The notes below the pieces were generated by a model that ran no database searches, was not told the origin of the DNA, and saw only the letters and a list, made by a program, of their open reading frames with translations. This document shows positions 42,270 to 56,802 of a stretch of DNA of 64,000 bases, piece by piece. Position numbers and translations under genes: made by a program. Within the stretch, counting starts at the first letter, position 1. Each line of letters opens with the position of its first letter. Source of the stretch: Octopus sinensis (Eukaryota); NCBI RefSeq assembly GCF_006345805.1, contig NC_042998.1, positions 15,500,001 through 15,564,000 on the forward strand. Reading direction: 5' to 3'.

Positions 42270-43100
42270 TGAAATTTGGTTAGTTTGCCACATTTAAACT
42301 TATACAACGTATATAAGATCAGTTTTTGAGCCCTTTTTCAAAATCTTAAGCGATGTAGAAGTTGCCTTAGGCAGTGTCTATCACGACGAAAGCTACGCTG
42401 TCTAGAATTTAGAAATTTACCTCCCTGAAAGTTAGTTATTCTTGTCCCCCATCAATGTTTGAAAATCCTTTCATAATATGAGAGTTGAGTGAAATTGAGC
42501 AGAGCAGTTCTTTCCCTCTTTGAAGTCTAAGTTGACATTGTGATCAGAATTATTTGGGTTATGTAGTCTGACTCCATAATGTTTCTCCAGTGTTTGGTCG
42601 CAGATAATGCAATTCGCCAGTACACTCCTTTAGGACATTATCAGCATATTTATTATCACGTACCGTAGAATAACGTTTTTATTTTGTTACTGTAAAGTCG
42701 TCTGGAGGCAGCGAAGTCTATGTTAGAAATACGTTGGGCGTTGACTTCATTGAAATAGCTTAAGTCGACTCCAGTAGAATCGTTGATACGGTACAACATT
42801 GTTTCTGCTGTATCTTTACCATTTATTTAGCATCATGATGGAGAATACTGTAATCACCTGTCTGGAAACCAATGAGTGAGATAGAATTGCTGTAATTATT
42901 AGTAAATAAATGGAACATTTTGGGTTGTGTTTTATTTTCCCTTCATTTAATAATTCATTCTTCCCTTGTAGCACTTTGGTTGATCCTTTTTCATGCTATT
43001 CACCAGATAGTAACTTTTTTCAACTGAAATATTCTCAAAGCTGTTGATTGCGGACGCTATTTGTGATAGTTTTTCAATTTTTTGATTTTTCTAAAGAATT
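42270..43100 (-). pseudogene. Possible degraded Helitron PIF1-type helicase C-terminal remnant
   Basis: Frameshifted traces SLPPD (GLPPH-like), SDHNVNLDFK, TRITNFQG (TINKSQG-like), QL-YIAL (GQLYVALSR-like) in the right order. Confidence 0.35.
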
Positions 43101-43321
43101 AGACTTTTGATTTACTTCATGAGAGTTGCGTCACAGCGAAAGGTACATGTTTTGGGTTGGTAAGCAAGTAATTTCGTTTTTCGCAAATAGAGTTACGATT
43201 ATTTTGACTGACTTTTGTCAATGTCATGATTTTCTTTCCTTTTGATAGCTGTTATTTGTAGCTTATTTTAGAAGCAAATAGCTATAATTTTGTTTACAGC
43301 TGTTAGTTCAGTGGCAATTTT

Positions 43322-43575
43322 AACATAGAGTACAAAAACGAATATTCTCGCCATATTTTGCTTTTTCTTTTAGTTTCGTAAAGGTAAGGAAGTTGCGGAG
43401 GCTATCAGAGAGATATGTGAAGTTTATGGTATTGATTACTTAAGAGAACGCACATGTCAGAAATGGTTTAAAACTTCCTTTCGGGACATTTATCGTTCAA
43501 AGATGACCAACGTTCTAGTCGACCTACTAAAGTTGATGATGACCGAATGAAAGCTATAATTGAATCTGATTGTCA
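43322..43575 (+). mobile_element. Mariner transposase N-terminal HTH fragment
   Basis: RHILLF, FRKGKEVAEAIREICEVYG, ERTCQKWF, DDQRSSRPTKVDDDRMKAIIESD. Confidence 0.85.
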
Positions 43576-45025
43576 AATGTGTGCACTAGGTTAAGTGTGA
43601 CGTGTTTGCGTTTGGCATGATGGAAACTCAGCTTGCAGTATACCATGTAATAGGCAGAGAACAGAATTTATGTTTTCGACTGTATTCTTATGGACAGAGC
43701 TGAAGTGGTTTCTTAATATCAGGTCCATGTCATTTTTATTTTATTTTGAGTGAAACACAAGTTGGGATGGGCAAAATTTATCCATAAAGTTAAATAAAAA
43801 ATCTGTAGTTGTTTTGTCTGATATGAAGATGTAGTTATTTGATTCGAAGATATTTGTGGGCCAGTTCGCGACAATTACTAACACTGTAGGTCACGAAGCC
43901 AGAGTGTCAAAAATTCATCAAAGCGATACACGACACAATAATATTGACCAAAGCACGCCGTATTCCGCGACATAATCTGCAAATGAAAAGGGTCAAAGCA
44001 GTGAAAAATTTCCTTACGTTATGAACATCTCAAATTGAAAATTACACTTTCACTCATGCACAAAATGTTGCTACAAAGATTACAAATGTATAATCAAATT
44101 GAATCTGGCTAGACAGAGACACTATATAAATTTAATGGGAAATATACAGATATATACTTAACTGAAAAGAAAATAATTTCGAAAAGTATGTGCCCTCTGG
44201 GTGCTCTGCGAAAAAGAAAAGCAAGGTAATATTTACGTTTTTATAGATAAGTAGAATGGGATTTAACCATAATTACCTATAGTTGAATGTAGATTTGAAT
44301 ACAGACTGTAAAACATGGAATGTCTCATTTCGTGTAGAAATTGAATTTAGTCTTATTTCCCTTTCACGAAACCCATAAATCTTGAAGAAATCTATTTATA
44401 TCAAAGTAATACTATGTCGTTTCGGAAAAGTAGTTTATTATAGATCGGATATTGTTTAATTATATGGGGATAGGAAAATTCCATAAAAGACGATTTGTAG
44501 CGGGTGAAATCTACAGTTTTAAAGTAAATTAATTAAGATGTGCTACGGCACTTAGAAACACTGCTGAATTGGCACTGTACATCATAAATGTTGCCGACAC
44601 TTGAATTAGGTTGTCCACACCTGAAGTGGACAAAAATAAACAATAATTACATAAAATACGTGTTTATTAAATATGTAGTCTATTGATTGCGAAAGTTAAT
44701 TATAATAACGCAAGTCTAAATGAAATAGTCACAGTTTATAAAGCCATGGAAATATACACGCACCAATAGCATCACCCGCAATAGACACTGTACAAGAAAT
44801 AGTCAATAAATAGAAACTAATATGAATAAAGTATTTCAGCGTTTACCATTTTATAGTGTTTTGAGGTCAGAATATTTCCAGTAGATTAGTGTAATAGTAG
44901 TCAATATTTTATTACTGTCAGCATACAAATAATGACTTAAATCGAAATTCACCTCTGAATCTGTTAATAGGAATTCAAATACGACACGTGCAGATGTACA
45001 TTTTGACTGAATACAAAAAGGAAAA

Positions 45026-45098
<73 letters not shown>

Positions 45099-45693
45099 TA
45101 GATAGATGTATACACACATGTATGTATATATATATATATATATATCTTATTAAGTATATAAGTGTAGTTATGAATACGTGAAAATATACAACACAAAATA
45201 AAAGTAGCCATTTTGTTTTCCCTCCTCAGCATTTCATTTTCATTCCTCTCTGTCTCTTCTTTTGTAATTGGTTTCTATCGATTTTTGGACTAGAGTAATT
45301 AATATTTTGGCTAAACAATTCACTATTCAAAACGGAGACAAACGAATATCAAGCAATAACTCGCAACTATTGATTAATATATTGAATACTAAGAATGTAA
45401 AGTCATTGTAAAACGCTGCTACTAACGTTCTTCCATCAATAAAGAATTTGTCACTTTAGAACTTACTGTGATTTCTCAGTACTAACGTCCGAAGTATGAG
45501 AAAAGATTTTTAAACCTGAATATTATATTCGATTTCTGTGAAGACACAATCTTGATTCTGACTTCGTTTTAAAAGCACAGTAATAATACATCAAGTCAGA
45601 CCTGGTACTACACTTTGTAAATTTGTGCTACGTCAGTTTTACAATTATCATATCTTCAAATGTAGTACTTTTGAAAAACTTGAATTCTCAGGA

Positions 45694-45747
<54 letters not shown>

Positions 45748-45899
45748 TATATATATGCATGTGTGTATACGTGAGGGCGAATGTGTATGTGTCTTGACTT
45801 TGTGTGATTTTATATAAGTATGTATGCATATATATATAAATATATATATATATGTTTGTGTGTATGTAGGTGTCTATCTGCGTGCATATAATATATTAT

Positions 45900-46200
45900 T
45901 CATTTATTCTTTTCAGTCATTTGAGTGCGACCTTGCTGGAGCACCGCCTTTAGTTAAGCAAATCGCCCCCAGGAGATTCTCTTTGTAAGACTAGTACTCA
46001 TTCTATCGCTTCCTTTTGCAGGACCGCTATGTTACGGGGATGTAAAAACGCCAGTGTCGGTTGACAAGCTATGTTGGGAGGACAAACATAGACACACGCA
46101 CACACACATATACACACTTCGCGTCCACCAAATCTACTTACATGGCTTTGGTTAGCCCGACGCTATAGAACATATTTTACACACACACACATACACACAC

Positions 46201-46239
<39 letters not shown>

Positions 46240-46240
46240 A

Positions 46241-46280
<40 letters not shown>

Positions 46281-46432
46281 CGGGCTACTTTCATGTTCCG
46301 TGTACAAAATCCACTGACGAGGCTTTGATCGGCCCGAGGCTATAGTGGAAGACACTTGCCCGAGTTGCCACGCAATGGGACTGAACTCGGAACCATGTGG
46401 TTGGTAAGCAAGCTACTTATCACACACCCACA
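45900..46432 (-). mobile_element. SINE group B with internal microsatellite
   Basis: ttcagtcattt..ctggagcaccgcc ... gccacgcaatgggactgaac...ccacacc. Confidence 0.85.
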
Positions 46433-47409
46433 CCTAATATATGAAAAATGGCAGTAATATTCTAAGTTTTATCAAAGTAATTGTAAACATTGTTAGGAAT
46501 GCTGTTCACACTACACTCCTATCTTCATTCATTTCACCTTCAACTTAGTTTAAAGTTTGTACTCTCATAAACTATATATTTACCTTTCACCAAATTAACT
46601 ACATATATATATGTGTGTGTGTGTGTATGTGTGTATGGGTATGTGTGCGTGTGTATACACACAGAGAGGCGCTCGCACGTGCACACATATATACACATAT
46701 TCGTATACATATGCTGAACGTTCGAATGTATGATTAACGAACTGTTAAGGGTATGAAACAATAATTAATATTCATAACATAATTACAAGGTTAAAACCTA
46801 TTTAGTTGCGTTGTTGATTAATACTATTGAGAATATATCCTGTTACGTGTTTAGCATCGGATCTAGTGGATTTTCAATTTCTTTGTTTACGTGTAGCCCG
46901 TCAAATGTCTATCCTAAGGTAGCATTGCGCTACACGATTGTGTGCAACGGAATAATCCCCATTCTATATAGCCAAATATACACCAATTTATTTTGGAAGC
47001 TGACTCGCTGACAGAGCTGGCGTGATGTTACATTCATCAAAGCTAAATTTAATTCAATGAGTTTCATTCACGTTGTTATTGATGTTCTTGTTTTTATTGT
47101 TGTTGTTGTTGTTTTAGTTATTGCTCTTGTTCGTGGTGGCGACGGTGTTATGGTCGGGAACTAAATTAGTTCCAAAGTGTGAATTAATAACGCAAGAGGC
47201 TCTAACAATGGCATTCCCATTGAGTTTCGGTACTGCATTATTTCGAACTTGTTGGGAGGTACATTAGCTGTTATTTCTACCAGTCAACCTACTTCATGAT
47301 TAAATCATTTGCCCTCCATTAATATCGTCTTATAATAAATATAGAAGCATATATTTATAGAATAGAATACGAAATGCTCATCGTAGCTGTTGTCACTAGC
47401 GTGGTTATA

Positions 47410-47605
47410 TCTATAAGGAAGGTTATGTGTTAAGAAGTTTCACTCTCAACAGCAGGGATCCAGTTTCAGCCCCATTCTGCGGCACCTTGCGCAAGTGTCT
47501 TCTTCTTTCGCTCTCAAGCAAACCAAACTAAGTATACTAGGTTGGCAGAAACTGAAAGAATCCCGTCGTATATATGCGTGTGTGTATGTGTTTAAATGTG
47601 TGTGC

Positions 47606-47644
<39 letters not shown>

Positions 47645-47960
47645 CAATATATATATATATATGTTTATGCATGTGTGTATGTGTTTGTCCCCCACTATCG
47701 CTTGACAACCGGTGTTGGTGAGTTATATCCCCGTAACGTAGCAGTTCGACAAAAGGTTCCGAAAGAATAAGTACTAAGCTTACAAAGAATTAGACCTGGG
47801 GTCGATTTCTTCGACTATAATCACTTGAAGGCGGTTTCTCCACATGCCAGCAGTCAAATGACTGAAGCAAAGAATCGAATAAAAATATAATTATATATAT
47901 ATATATATATATTATATATACACACACACACACTATATATATATATATATATAATATATA

Positions 47961-47991
<31 letters not shown>

Positions 47992-48170
47992 CATATATAT
48001 CTTTGTGTGGACTTGTTTGTGAGCTGCAGCTTACCAATCCGACAAGATGAAATTGATGGAATGGGTGCAATCTGTAGGAATAAAAGTACCCGGATTGATT
48101 TGGTTGAAGAAACACTTTAAGGTGGTGCACAAGCATGGCCGCCATCCAGTGACTGAAACAAGTAAATTTT
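47410..48170 (+). mobile_element. SINE group B (~47410-47880) followed by a second 3' half copy (~48000-48170)
   Basis: gcaccttgcgcaagtgtctt, gcttgacaaccgg, cagtcaaatgactgaa; second catggccgccatccagtgactgaaacaagtaa. Confidence 0.75.
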
Positions 48171-48872
48171 TTAATAAAAAAAAGCGATAAAATAAGATGT
48201 AAGCTGCCACACGTCACATACGATTTAGGAGCAACCGGTTAAAATTCAGGAATATTTGTAGATGGGGCTTCTGAATAATTAATGTCGGAAAAGGAAGCTC
48301 TTAGAGGATTAGCATACAGCTCACCCTCTGGATAAAAGCTGACTTGTGAAGTGCTTGATCCGTAACAGAAATATTCAGATGTATTGAAACCATGCATTAC
48401 GGCACTCACTCACTCACACACAAACATACACACGCGCAAACATGCACACACTCACGCACAAGCACACACATATTCACACCCATACAAGCATGCACCCATG
48501 AACTTATTCATAAAACATGTTTATATTTATTGTATATATTATATATGTATTTATATATGTCTATATTGAAAGTAATAAATGTATACATACATACGCGCAT
48601 ACACGCATAGCTATGTGTACACAAATATAAATTTTACATACATATCCATACACACACTACTCCGTAGATAAAATGAAATGCCCATATTTCTCCAAAATCC
48701 ATTCAAAATATCCAAGTAAATATATAAACATAAACATAAACATAAAATAAGTCATCCATCTGTCACGAAACAAGCACCTAACAACAAACAAATTAATCCT
48801 CCTATACCATTAAAATATATAATCAAGGGTTATTCTCTATATATATTTACTTTAATACATTTGAATTACAAC

Positions 48873-49062
48873 TGTTTCCAGTAGTCATTATAGGTTCGTT
48901 ATCGGTAGGTTTACTGAACGGGTACGTTGATCGGTTGAGAAAAATTGATTTGATGGTACTTTGTCCGAGTCATTTCACCGAGTCTTTCAGTTTTTCACAA
49001 CCGATCAATGGACCGACTCTGTAAACCTATCAATAACGGAGCTACAATGACCACTCGAAACT
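48873..49062. mobile_element. Degenerate MITE-like inverted repeat (~75-bp arms, 38-nt spacer)
   Basis: gtcattataggttcgttatcggtaggtttac...ttgatcggttgagaaaaattga pairs imperfectly with tcagtttttcacaaccgatcaa...gtaaacctatcaataacggagctacaatgac. Confidence 0.75.
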
Positions 49063-49225
49063 ATTGCAAGTCAAATTTCCAACAATAAAGAAAATATGAA
49101 GTGACCGATATTTACGAAATTTCTTGTATATCACTGTGTATAAAGACCAGCATAAGTGTTATATCACCATATCCTTAGAATGTAGATGGGCGATGAACTA
49201 TAATCGCGGACACACACATACACAC

Positions 49226-49280
<55 letters not shown>

Positions 49281-49375
49281 GAATATATATATTGTCAATA
49301 ATAAAAGGGTAAAATTAATTAATTATTAATTAATTTTACCAAGTAGTGTTCAGTATGTAAAAAGACCATTTACGG

Positions 49376-49640
49376 TATATTTAAAACATTATGTTATATA
49401 ATTAGGGTCCAGTAAAAAAATTTACTTTACCACACACCGAACTTTTAGAAATAGCAGCCCAAAAATTTTAGCTATTTCTTCAACAATAAGAAAAGTCTCC
49501 CAGATAATATATACTCAAAAATAATTCACGTAGGTATAGAGGTAAAAATAACGAAAGATCACACGTACATCGATTACTTGAGAACGCCGTTTCTGGATTT
49601 TCTGAAGTTTTTACTAAACCCTAATTATATAACGTAATGG

Positions 49641-49650
<10 letters not shown>
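49376..49650. mobile_element. MITE with ~43-bp TIRs
   Basis: tatatttaaaacattatgttatataattagggtccagtaaaaa vs tttttactaaaccctaattatataacgtaatggtataaatata. Confidence 0.75.
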
Positions 49651-49688
<38 letters not shown>

Positions 49689-49699
49689 AATCTGAAAGT

Positions 49700-50055
49700 G
49701 TTGGTGTTCTCCCAGAGTTTTGTTTCGACGAGGAGTTTTTTTTCCTCTTTCTCAAAAGCTATCATTACTTTCGAGACAGTTCTTCGTGATACACCAAACA
49801 TTTCGGCTGCTTTCGTCATGCTGTCATACGAGCACCAACAATTTAACCTCTTTGAAAGTCCGATATCTCTGTCATTTTAATGAATTTTAATTATCTTTTT
49901 TCTGATGATATCTGAATAGGAACATCAATTTTAGTAAAAACAAATTAAGAAAGACGAATAATAAATCAAATAACATAAAAATAAACAAGCTTTTGTCGGT
50001 TTTATATATATTTCAAAATCATGATGCTAGGTTTTTCCATTATTGTGTCCAAACC
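49700..50055 (-). mobile_element. Tc1-like transposon 5' fragment, same family as 11275-11863
   Basis: TIR remnant ggacacaataatggaaaaacc; TEISDFQRG, TKAAEMFGVSRRTVSKVMIAFEKE. Confidence 0.85.
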
Positions 50056-50062
50056 ATATATA

Positions 50063-50474
<412 letters not shown>

Positions 50475-50634
50475 TGATAAGGTATAAATATTCTGAATCG
50501 AATAATTACAAAATATTATTGTTATTACAATCTGCAGTAAATATAAATTGATAATTAATAACAACGACTGTAAAAAAGGTGGCTGCATGCGTTAAATAGC
50601 GCTAGCTAGCTATACGTTTAAAATTTATATTTAA

Positions 50635-50962
50635 CATAAGGGCACAGGAAGCGCCTACCTGCTAAAGAGTGGAGTTAAAATCCTCAGCTTAACCACCAAT
50701 GACACTGAAAAATTCAACAGATAACAATAGTCGGGCAAACGAGCAAAAATAACAGTTGACATATCATCACAGGTTAATGCAATATGGTTTGGTATTTTGG
50801 ATGTAATTGTATCATGAATATCTTTATAAATTTTCGATTTTGAATATATACTGTTTACTATAAGTATATTTACAATGTTGAATTTTTCAGTGTCATTTGA
50901 ATTTACCAGTGTCACTTGTGGTCACTGCACTTTACAGCAGGCAGGCACTCCGCGTGCCTTAT
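50635..50962. mobile_element. MITE with composite inverted termini
   Basis: ataagggcac...cctgct vs agcaggcaggcac...gccttat; inner perfect 22-bp IR aatgacactgaaaaattcaaca / tgttgaatttttcagtgtcatt. Confidence 0.7.
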
Positions 50963-51003
50963 GATATATATATATATATATATATATATAATAAATATAT
51001 ATA

Positions 51004-51047
<44 letters not shown>

Positions 51048-51063
51048 ATAAATAAATAAATAA

Positions 51064-51102
<39 letters not shown>

Positions 51103-51116
51103 ATATATATATATAA

Positions 51117-51165
<49 letters not shown>

Positions 51166-51371
51166 CATAAATATTCTTCTTTTTGACTTTTTCTTTTTCT
51201 CTTTTTCAAACACTCATACCTCGAAATCTACAGGAATGATCATCGACCATACATATGCATACGCATACTTCCACCCATATATATTTGCAGTTATACGCCC
51301 GCCATTATAGATCGTTAGCCACTACACACATTCTTTTCCCTCTTTGTTTCCCTTTGTTTTTCTCTGTGTCC

Positions 51372-51407
51372 CTTTCTGTAGAAGAGCGTAGGCTCGAAAT
51401 GTAAAAG
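51372..51407 (+). ncRNA. Hammerhead-ribozyme-like motif (type I minimal, non-canonical core) within a repeat at ~51290-51505
   Basis: cttt-CTGTAGA-a-gagc-gtag-gctc-GAAA-tg-TA-aaag; A6 is replaced by U, so probably impaired. Confidence 0.5.
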
Positions 51408-52937
51408 ACTTTTTCTATTCCTGAGCGTTATACTAATACATCTGTTTGTTTTGTACACCACCAGTCTTCGTCTTTTGTTTTTTTCCCGTAAACTCTCCCT
51501 ATATATATACATACAAATGTATTCATATAAGTTAGTGTGTATACACTCACATATACATGAGCAACAAAGTAAAGATGACCGACGTTATTACGTGATTTTA
51601 TAAAAGTTTACGACCACTTCTACAGACTGAATGATAATTTTAGTACTTCCCACATTTGTATAGACATAATATTTGTATACACAAATATTACGTAAACCTG
51701 CACAATAATTAATTAGTTATTCAACTAATGAAATTTGTTACCATCTGTCATTTTATCACACCTCTCAAATTTACTGTCGTATATTTCTCGAATTTCAAAC
51801 CAATGTATTTAGGGACATCAAGATGGAGAATATCAGTGATATAATTTAAACACCAGTGTTCGTACCTAGAAGAATTTGCAGAAGTTACATAAAATTAGAT
51901 AAGGAACATATCAGATTGCTTTCTTAAATTTACTAGAAACTATAGACTCGCTACTGCCACTGTTCGTGACACATCAATAGGTTATCAAGTTTATTGTATG
52001 CTTGTCCGGTGAAAAGAGAGACAGGATTCTCCTAGAAACCTAATTACCAAGATATGGCAGCTTACTACAACAATTACACAAGTAGCAGTAATGAAGAGGT
52101 AATATGAAGAGAAAGCAATACAGCGATGGAATTTGAAAGTAAATAAATAATGAAAGAACGTGAGGGGTAAGAGATCGTTAGAATGGATGCATATAATAAA
52201 TTATTGACCGCCTCTCTAATCAAGTCTAGATAATAATAGGTTTACTACAATTAAAATTTAATTAGATGCTATAGTTAAAGGTTAAATTAATGATAAGTTA
52301 CGAAATTAGTGATTGGTTGGTTACACAAGAGATAATTCGAGTAGGGCGGTAAGAGAATAAGATAAGAATACTAGCGTTAATGTTACTTGATTCAAAGCAA
52401 GTCGACTATGTAGAAATTTTATGTGGTGGATTAAATGAATACGTGTTCAGATTTTTCTCCCTTGGCATCTTGTTTGGCGAGTTTCTCACACGTGGTTCAG
52501 ACAGAGATACTCATCTAAATTTCTTTAATCCTTACTTTCTCTCATTTCACACATACATCGATACATATATAGAAGTATGCTTACTTATACACACGTACGT
52601 ATATATGCATACATTCACACACATATACGTACGTACATGACTGCTCAGGCATCTCGGAAATGGAATGCATTCATACATTTAAAAATACAAAGAATTTTCG
52701 GGGAAAATCCTGATAAGAATAACCCGGTGAATGCAGACATTGGGAGTGAGAAAAAAATATATGCACAGTAGAAGAGATTAGCTATCCTGCTAATCGTGTC
52801 CAATATCATAGGTGCGCTGTGATATATAACAACTGATCGGCACAGCAGAAATCTAGAAAAAGTGTTGTTCTTCTAAAAGCGAACGAGCCAAACGTGTGTG
52901 TTCTCCAAATACAAGAATTTAGTGCACCAGTTTAAAT

Positions 52938-53235
52938 CTGCAAAACGTCCCAGAGATTTTCTCTGTGAGATTTCAGTGCAAAACATATGAAAAACCTGTA
53001 AAATGCTCCCCCCAAGGGCTGCTCATGTGTATTGCCTGTGCGTGATATATGCACACAGCCATATATAAATATGTAAAGCATGGACACCCTGCAAAACGTT
53101 CCAGAGATTTTCCCTGTGGAATTTCAGTGCAAAACATATGAAAAACGTGTAAAATGCTCTAAGGGTTGCCCATGTATATTTCCTGTGTGTGATATATGCG
53201 CACAACCACATATAAATATGTAAAACATGGACACA
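52938..53235. repeat. Tandem duplication, 2 x ~150 bp
   Basis: ctgcaaaacgt.ccagagattt...atgtaaa.catggacac at 52938-53088 and 53089-53235. Confidence 0.9.
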
Positions 53236-54913
53236 CATACAGAAGAATGAAGCGCAAACATTTCTATACTAAAGTGTAAAATGTGTGAAGCACTGAAATT
53301 GTTATACGTACTTAATATCCACCACACAAATACAAGTTCTCAATTAACCCCAAACGTGCTCATATGCATACATCAAATAATTCCTACGGCTACCACCCCT
53401 CCAACACGTCTTAACTGAAACAACAGAACCGTATCACTTGGTTAGTGACCAATAAGCATTCTCCAAATGAAAAATCGCACATATCTGTATGCGTGAATAA
53501 GCAGATTTGCATAAAGATACGAAATAGCACCGGCATGATTACGGAAATAACGTTAATGCCTAATATGCACATTTTCAGATTCTAAATTTTATATATGGCG
53601 TAACGTTTTTTGCATAATAATATGAAATGCATAAAGCCACTTTGTAATATCCGTTAATATATAGATTTAAATGCTATCCTCTGGTGAACTTAGCATTTAG
53701 AGAATCCCAATGACTCGGCGGTATTATTACTTTGTTAAACCTATAGTTCATGCCAATGTGACTTATAAGCTATTTACCAGACAATAAATGGTGGCATGTG
53801 GAATATGTCGAATGAATCATTGTTGTGTAAATAGGAAAGATATCTCAGTACAGGTTCCGAATATATTTAAAACGCAATATTACTTTATAAGTTCGGAAAA
53901 GAAACAAATGAAATCATAACGTACCCATGGATATTCGAGTGAAAGTCTTTTGTATTTTCTCATTTCTCATTACGTGTGTATAAGTAGGCGTGCTTCTATT
54001 TATATATCGATGTGTGGTACAGGGGAGGAATTATGGTCGATCGAAAGAGAAGTATTAATTACTAAAATTATGGTAGGTGTTTAACTGAGGTGGGATACTC
54101 AGTCATATGTTAACTAATACGTTTGAAACTCTAGATAAAAATCTTAGAAATAAGATAAGGAGCTGTCGTATTTTAGTTATCAATGTTTCGTTTCCATTCT
54201 AGTATCTGCTTCAGAACGGAGGTATAGTGTGTTTTCTTAAAAATTTAATTGTTGTGATATAACACTGTAGCACAACATTAAACCAGCATTATGTCTGTTG
54301 TGCTAACGATTCTGCCAGCTCTCCGCCTTATATATAGAAATAACGATAGCAAACAGGAAACAGTTATGATATTCAAAGATTCATAGGATACACACACGTT
54401 TTAGCAACATGTTCAAATAATTAGATTAGCGTTTGTGAAACATCATGTACTCTTGCACCTCAGCTCATCACTGTCCCGAAATAAATATGCACTTATAGTG
54501 CAGGATGCATCAGCGTCCCGCTGTAGTGATGTGTATAATTGCATAATGTTTCTACAACGTTTATGTAATTATCTGGGTATTTTTAAGAAACGCGTGTATC
54601 ACCTATAAATCATAGAATACCATGCATCATTTTCTGCCTATTAATATCATATCTATTATTTGCATGTCATTCTGCACACTAGCCTATACCGAGGATGATA
54701 CTCCACGTCGCAGTATACTGGATACTAGACTAGAATGTGGAATCAACGGTGGAGCCGGATCATTGGCTACGAATTCTGCTTTACAGTCTTTTTTAGACAC
54801 ATAAATATATACACACACGTGCGCTCATACACATACACATATATATTAGTCGTAACATATAGAAGAAGATGAATTTACATATAGGGTTTATAGTACATTA
54901 TAGCAAATGTCAG

Positions 54914-55341
54914 TATATGGAGCTTTTCGGTTTGAACGGCAGTCTTTTAAAATAATTTCCACGTAACTAAACACTTTTAAACTTCGTATACTGGTAGAAT
55001 GTGTTTATAAAACATAGTTTTCTCTTGGTTTTATTGAGAAAATTCTATAGTTTATAAGATATTTTGTTGTTGTTTTTCCTTCTATTTCTGCAATTTCAAC
55101 CAATGAGTGACGTCTATTGAGGTGAAAACATTCCGTGCCGTATGAATATGTCCCTCGTTTAAGAAACAGATTGGGTTTATTTACATTTCTGAAGAAAAAA
55201 AGATAACCTCCTCCCACCCCTGACTCTAACCCTAAAACAGATTGAAATGCAATAGATCGATACTAGGGTCATAATTATGGGTGACAATTTCATATGACAC
55301 CGCTAGAAAAATCTGCCGTACAAACTGAAAAGATCCGAGTA
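54914..55341. mobile_element. MITE with 25-bp TIRs
   Basis: ggagcttttcggtttgaacggcagt (54919) vs tctgccgtacaaactgaaaagatcc (ends 55336); TA-rich flanks. Confidence 0.8.
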
Positions 55342-55914
55342 TATATTTAATAAATGATATTAAATAAGTACAGCAATGTGCTTCTAGTGGCTTCTCAGAT
55401 AATTATATCGGTTTGAAAGCAACCATAGATGCGACGACATATAAAAGTTACGTTGCGCAAATAATATTTAATACGTTGAAACATATATCTGCATTAAACC
55501 GCTTAAATTAACTTAAAATTACGAAACCTAGGATAAATTCTGGAATCGGTATGGTTTTTGATTTTTGCTCCTGGTATTTTAGTATAACTTCCTTCGTGGT
55601 TAATTAAGCGAGAACAGAATTGATGGTTCATGAGATAGTTCATTCATTTAAGCAAAAGTAACAAGAATCGACCGGTGAAAAAGAGAGAAATTGAGCAAAG
55701 ATATACCACACTTTATAATTTCTCTTTATCGGAAGCTACACATTTCATAAAGTATAATAGGAGGTTGATTATTTACGTCTAATTATACTTTAAGTGTTTT
55801 GTAATATTGTTTTGATTGAAAATTTTCGTGTGATTAAGAGTGATTATAGTTTTCGTTGGCATTCAGTTTTTTCATCACACAATGCATACGTACAAAACTT
55901 ACACACCAATACGC

Positions 55915-56072
<158 letters not shown>

Positions 56073-56113
56073 TACATATATACATACACACACTCACACA
56101 CACACACACACAC

Positions 56114-56169
<56 letters not shown>

Positions 56170-56398
56170 ATAGAAATATTAAAATTACTAAGTCTCTCTA
56201 AAAGAGAACAACGGCAGCGTTCCCGGAAAATAATAGTTATCGCCATACTAATATGGCATTCTTATAAAAATAAGAATAAAGCTGTCCGCTTATTAACTCC
56301 ATGAGGCCATCGCCTTAAGTTAGCTATTTGATACACAAACTGTATCCATATAACCTTCGAACAAGGGAGGTCAGTCGCTCCACACTACTTGACAGGCA

Positions 56399-56440
56399 GC
56401 TACAGACGCGTTTTGGGGTATTGCCCCTTTTCAATGCAGC
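56399..56440 (-). ncRNA. Type I hammerhead ribozyme motif, U3-A8 variant, G12A substitution
   Basis: gctgca-TTGAAAA-gggg-caata-cccc-AAAA-cgcg-TC-tgtagc. Confidence 0.75.
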
Positions 56441-56760
56441 GTAGCCAGACCAGTAGGTGTCGCTTCTGACAATCGCTGTTCGAAGGTTTTATTTACCTAG
56501 CTTCGGTGGAATACATCCACTTGTTTTCAATAATAGAAATATTAAAATTACTAAGTCTCTCTAAAAGAGAACAACGGCAGCGTTCCCGGAAAATAATAGT
56601 TATCGCCATACTAATATGGCATTTTTATAAAAATAAGAATAAAGCTGTCCGCTTATTAGCTCCATGAGGCCATCGCCTTAAGTTAGCTATTTGATACACA
56701 AACTGTATCCATATAACCTTCGGACAGGGAGGTCAGTCGCTCCACACTACTTGACAGGCA

Positions 56761-56802
56761 GCTACAGACGCGTTTTGGGGTATTGCCCCTTTTCAATGCA
56801 GC
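56761..56802 (-). ncRNA. Type I hammerhead ribozyme motif, U3-A8 variant, G12A substitution
   Basis: Identical to 56399-56440. Confidence 0.75.

Noticed and set aside
56270-56340. Minus-strand [15 protein letters not shown] in the array unit, resembling the PLE C-terminal WIxxLxTxxPxGLN motif
   Set aside because: The spacing is off by one residue and the match is too short to claim descent from a PLE ORF.
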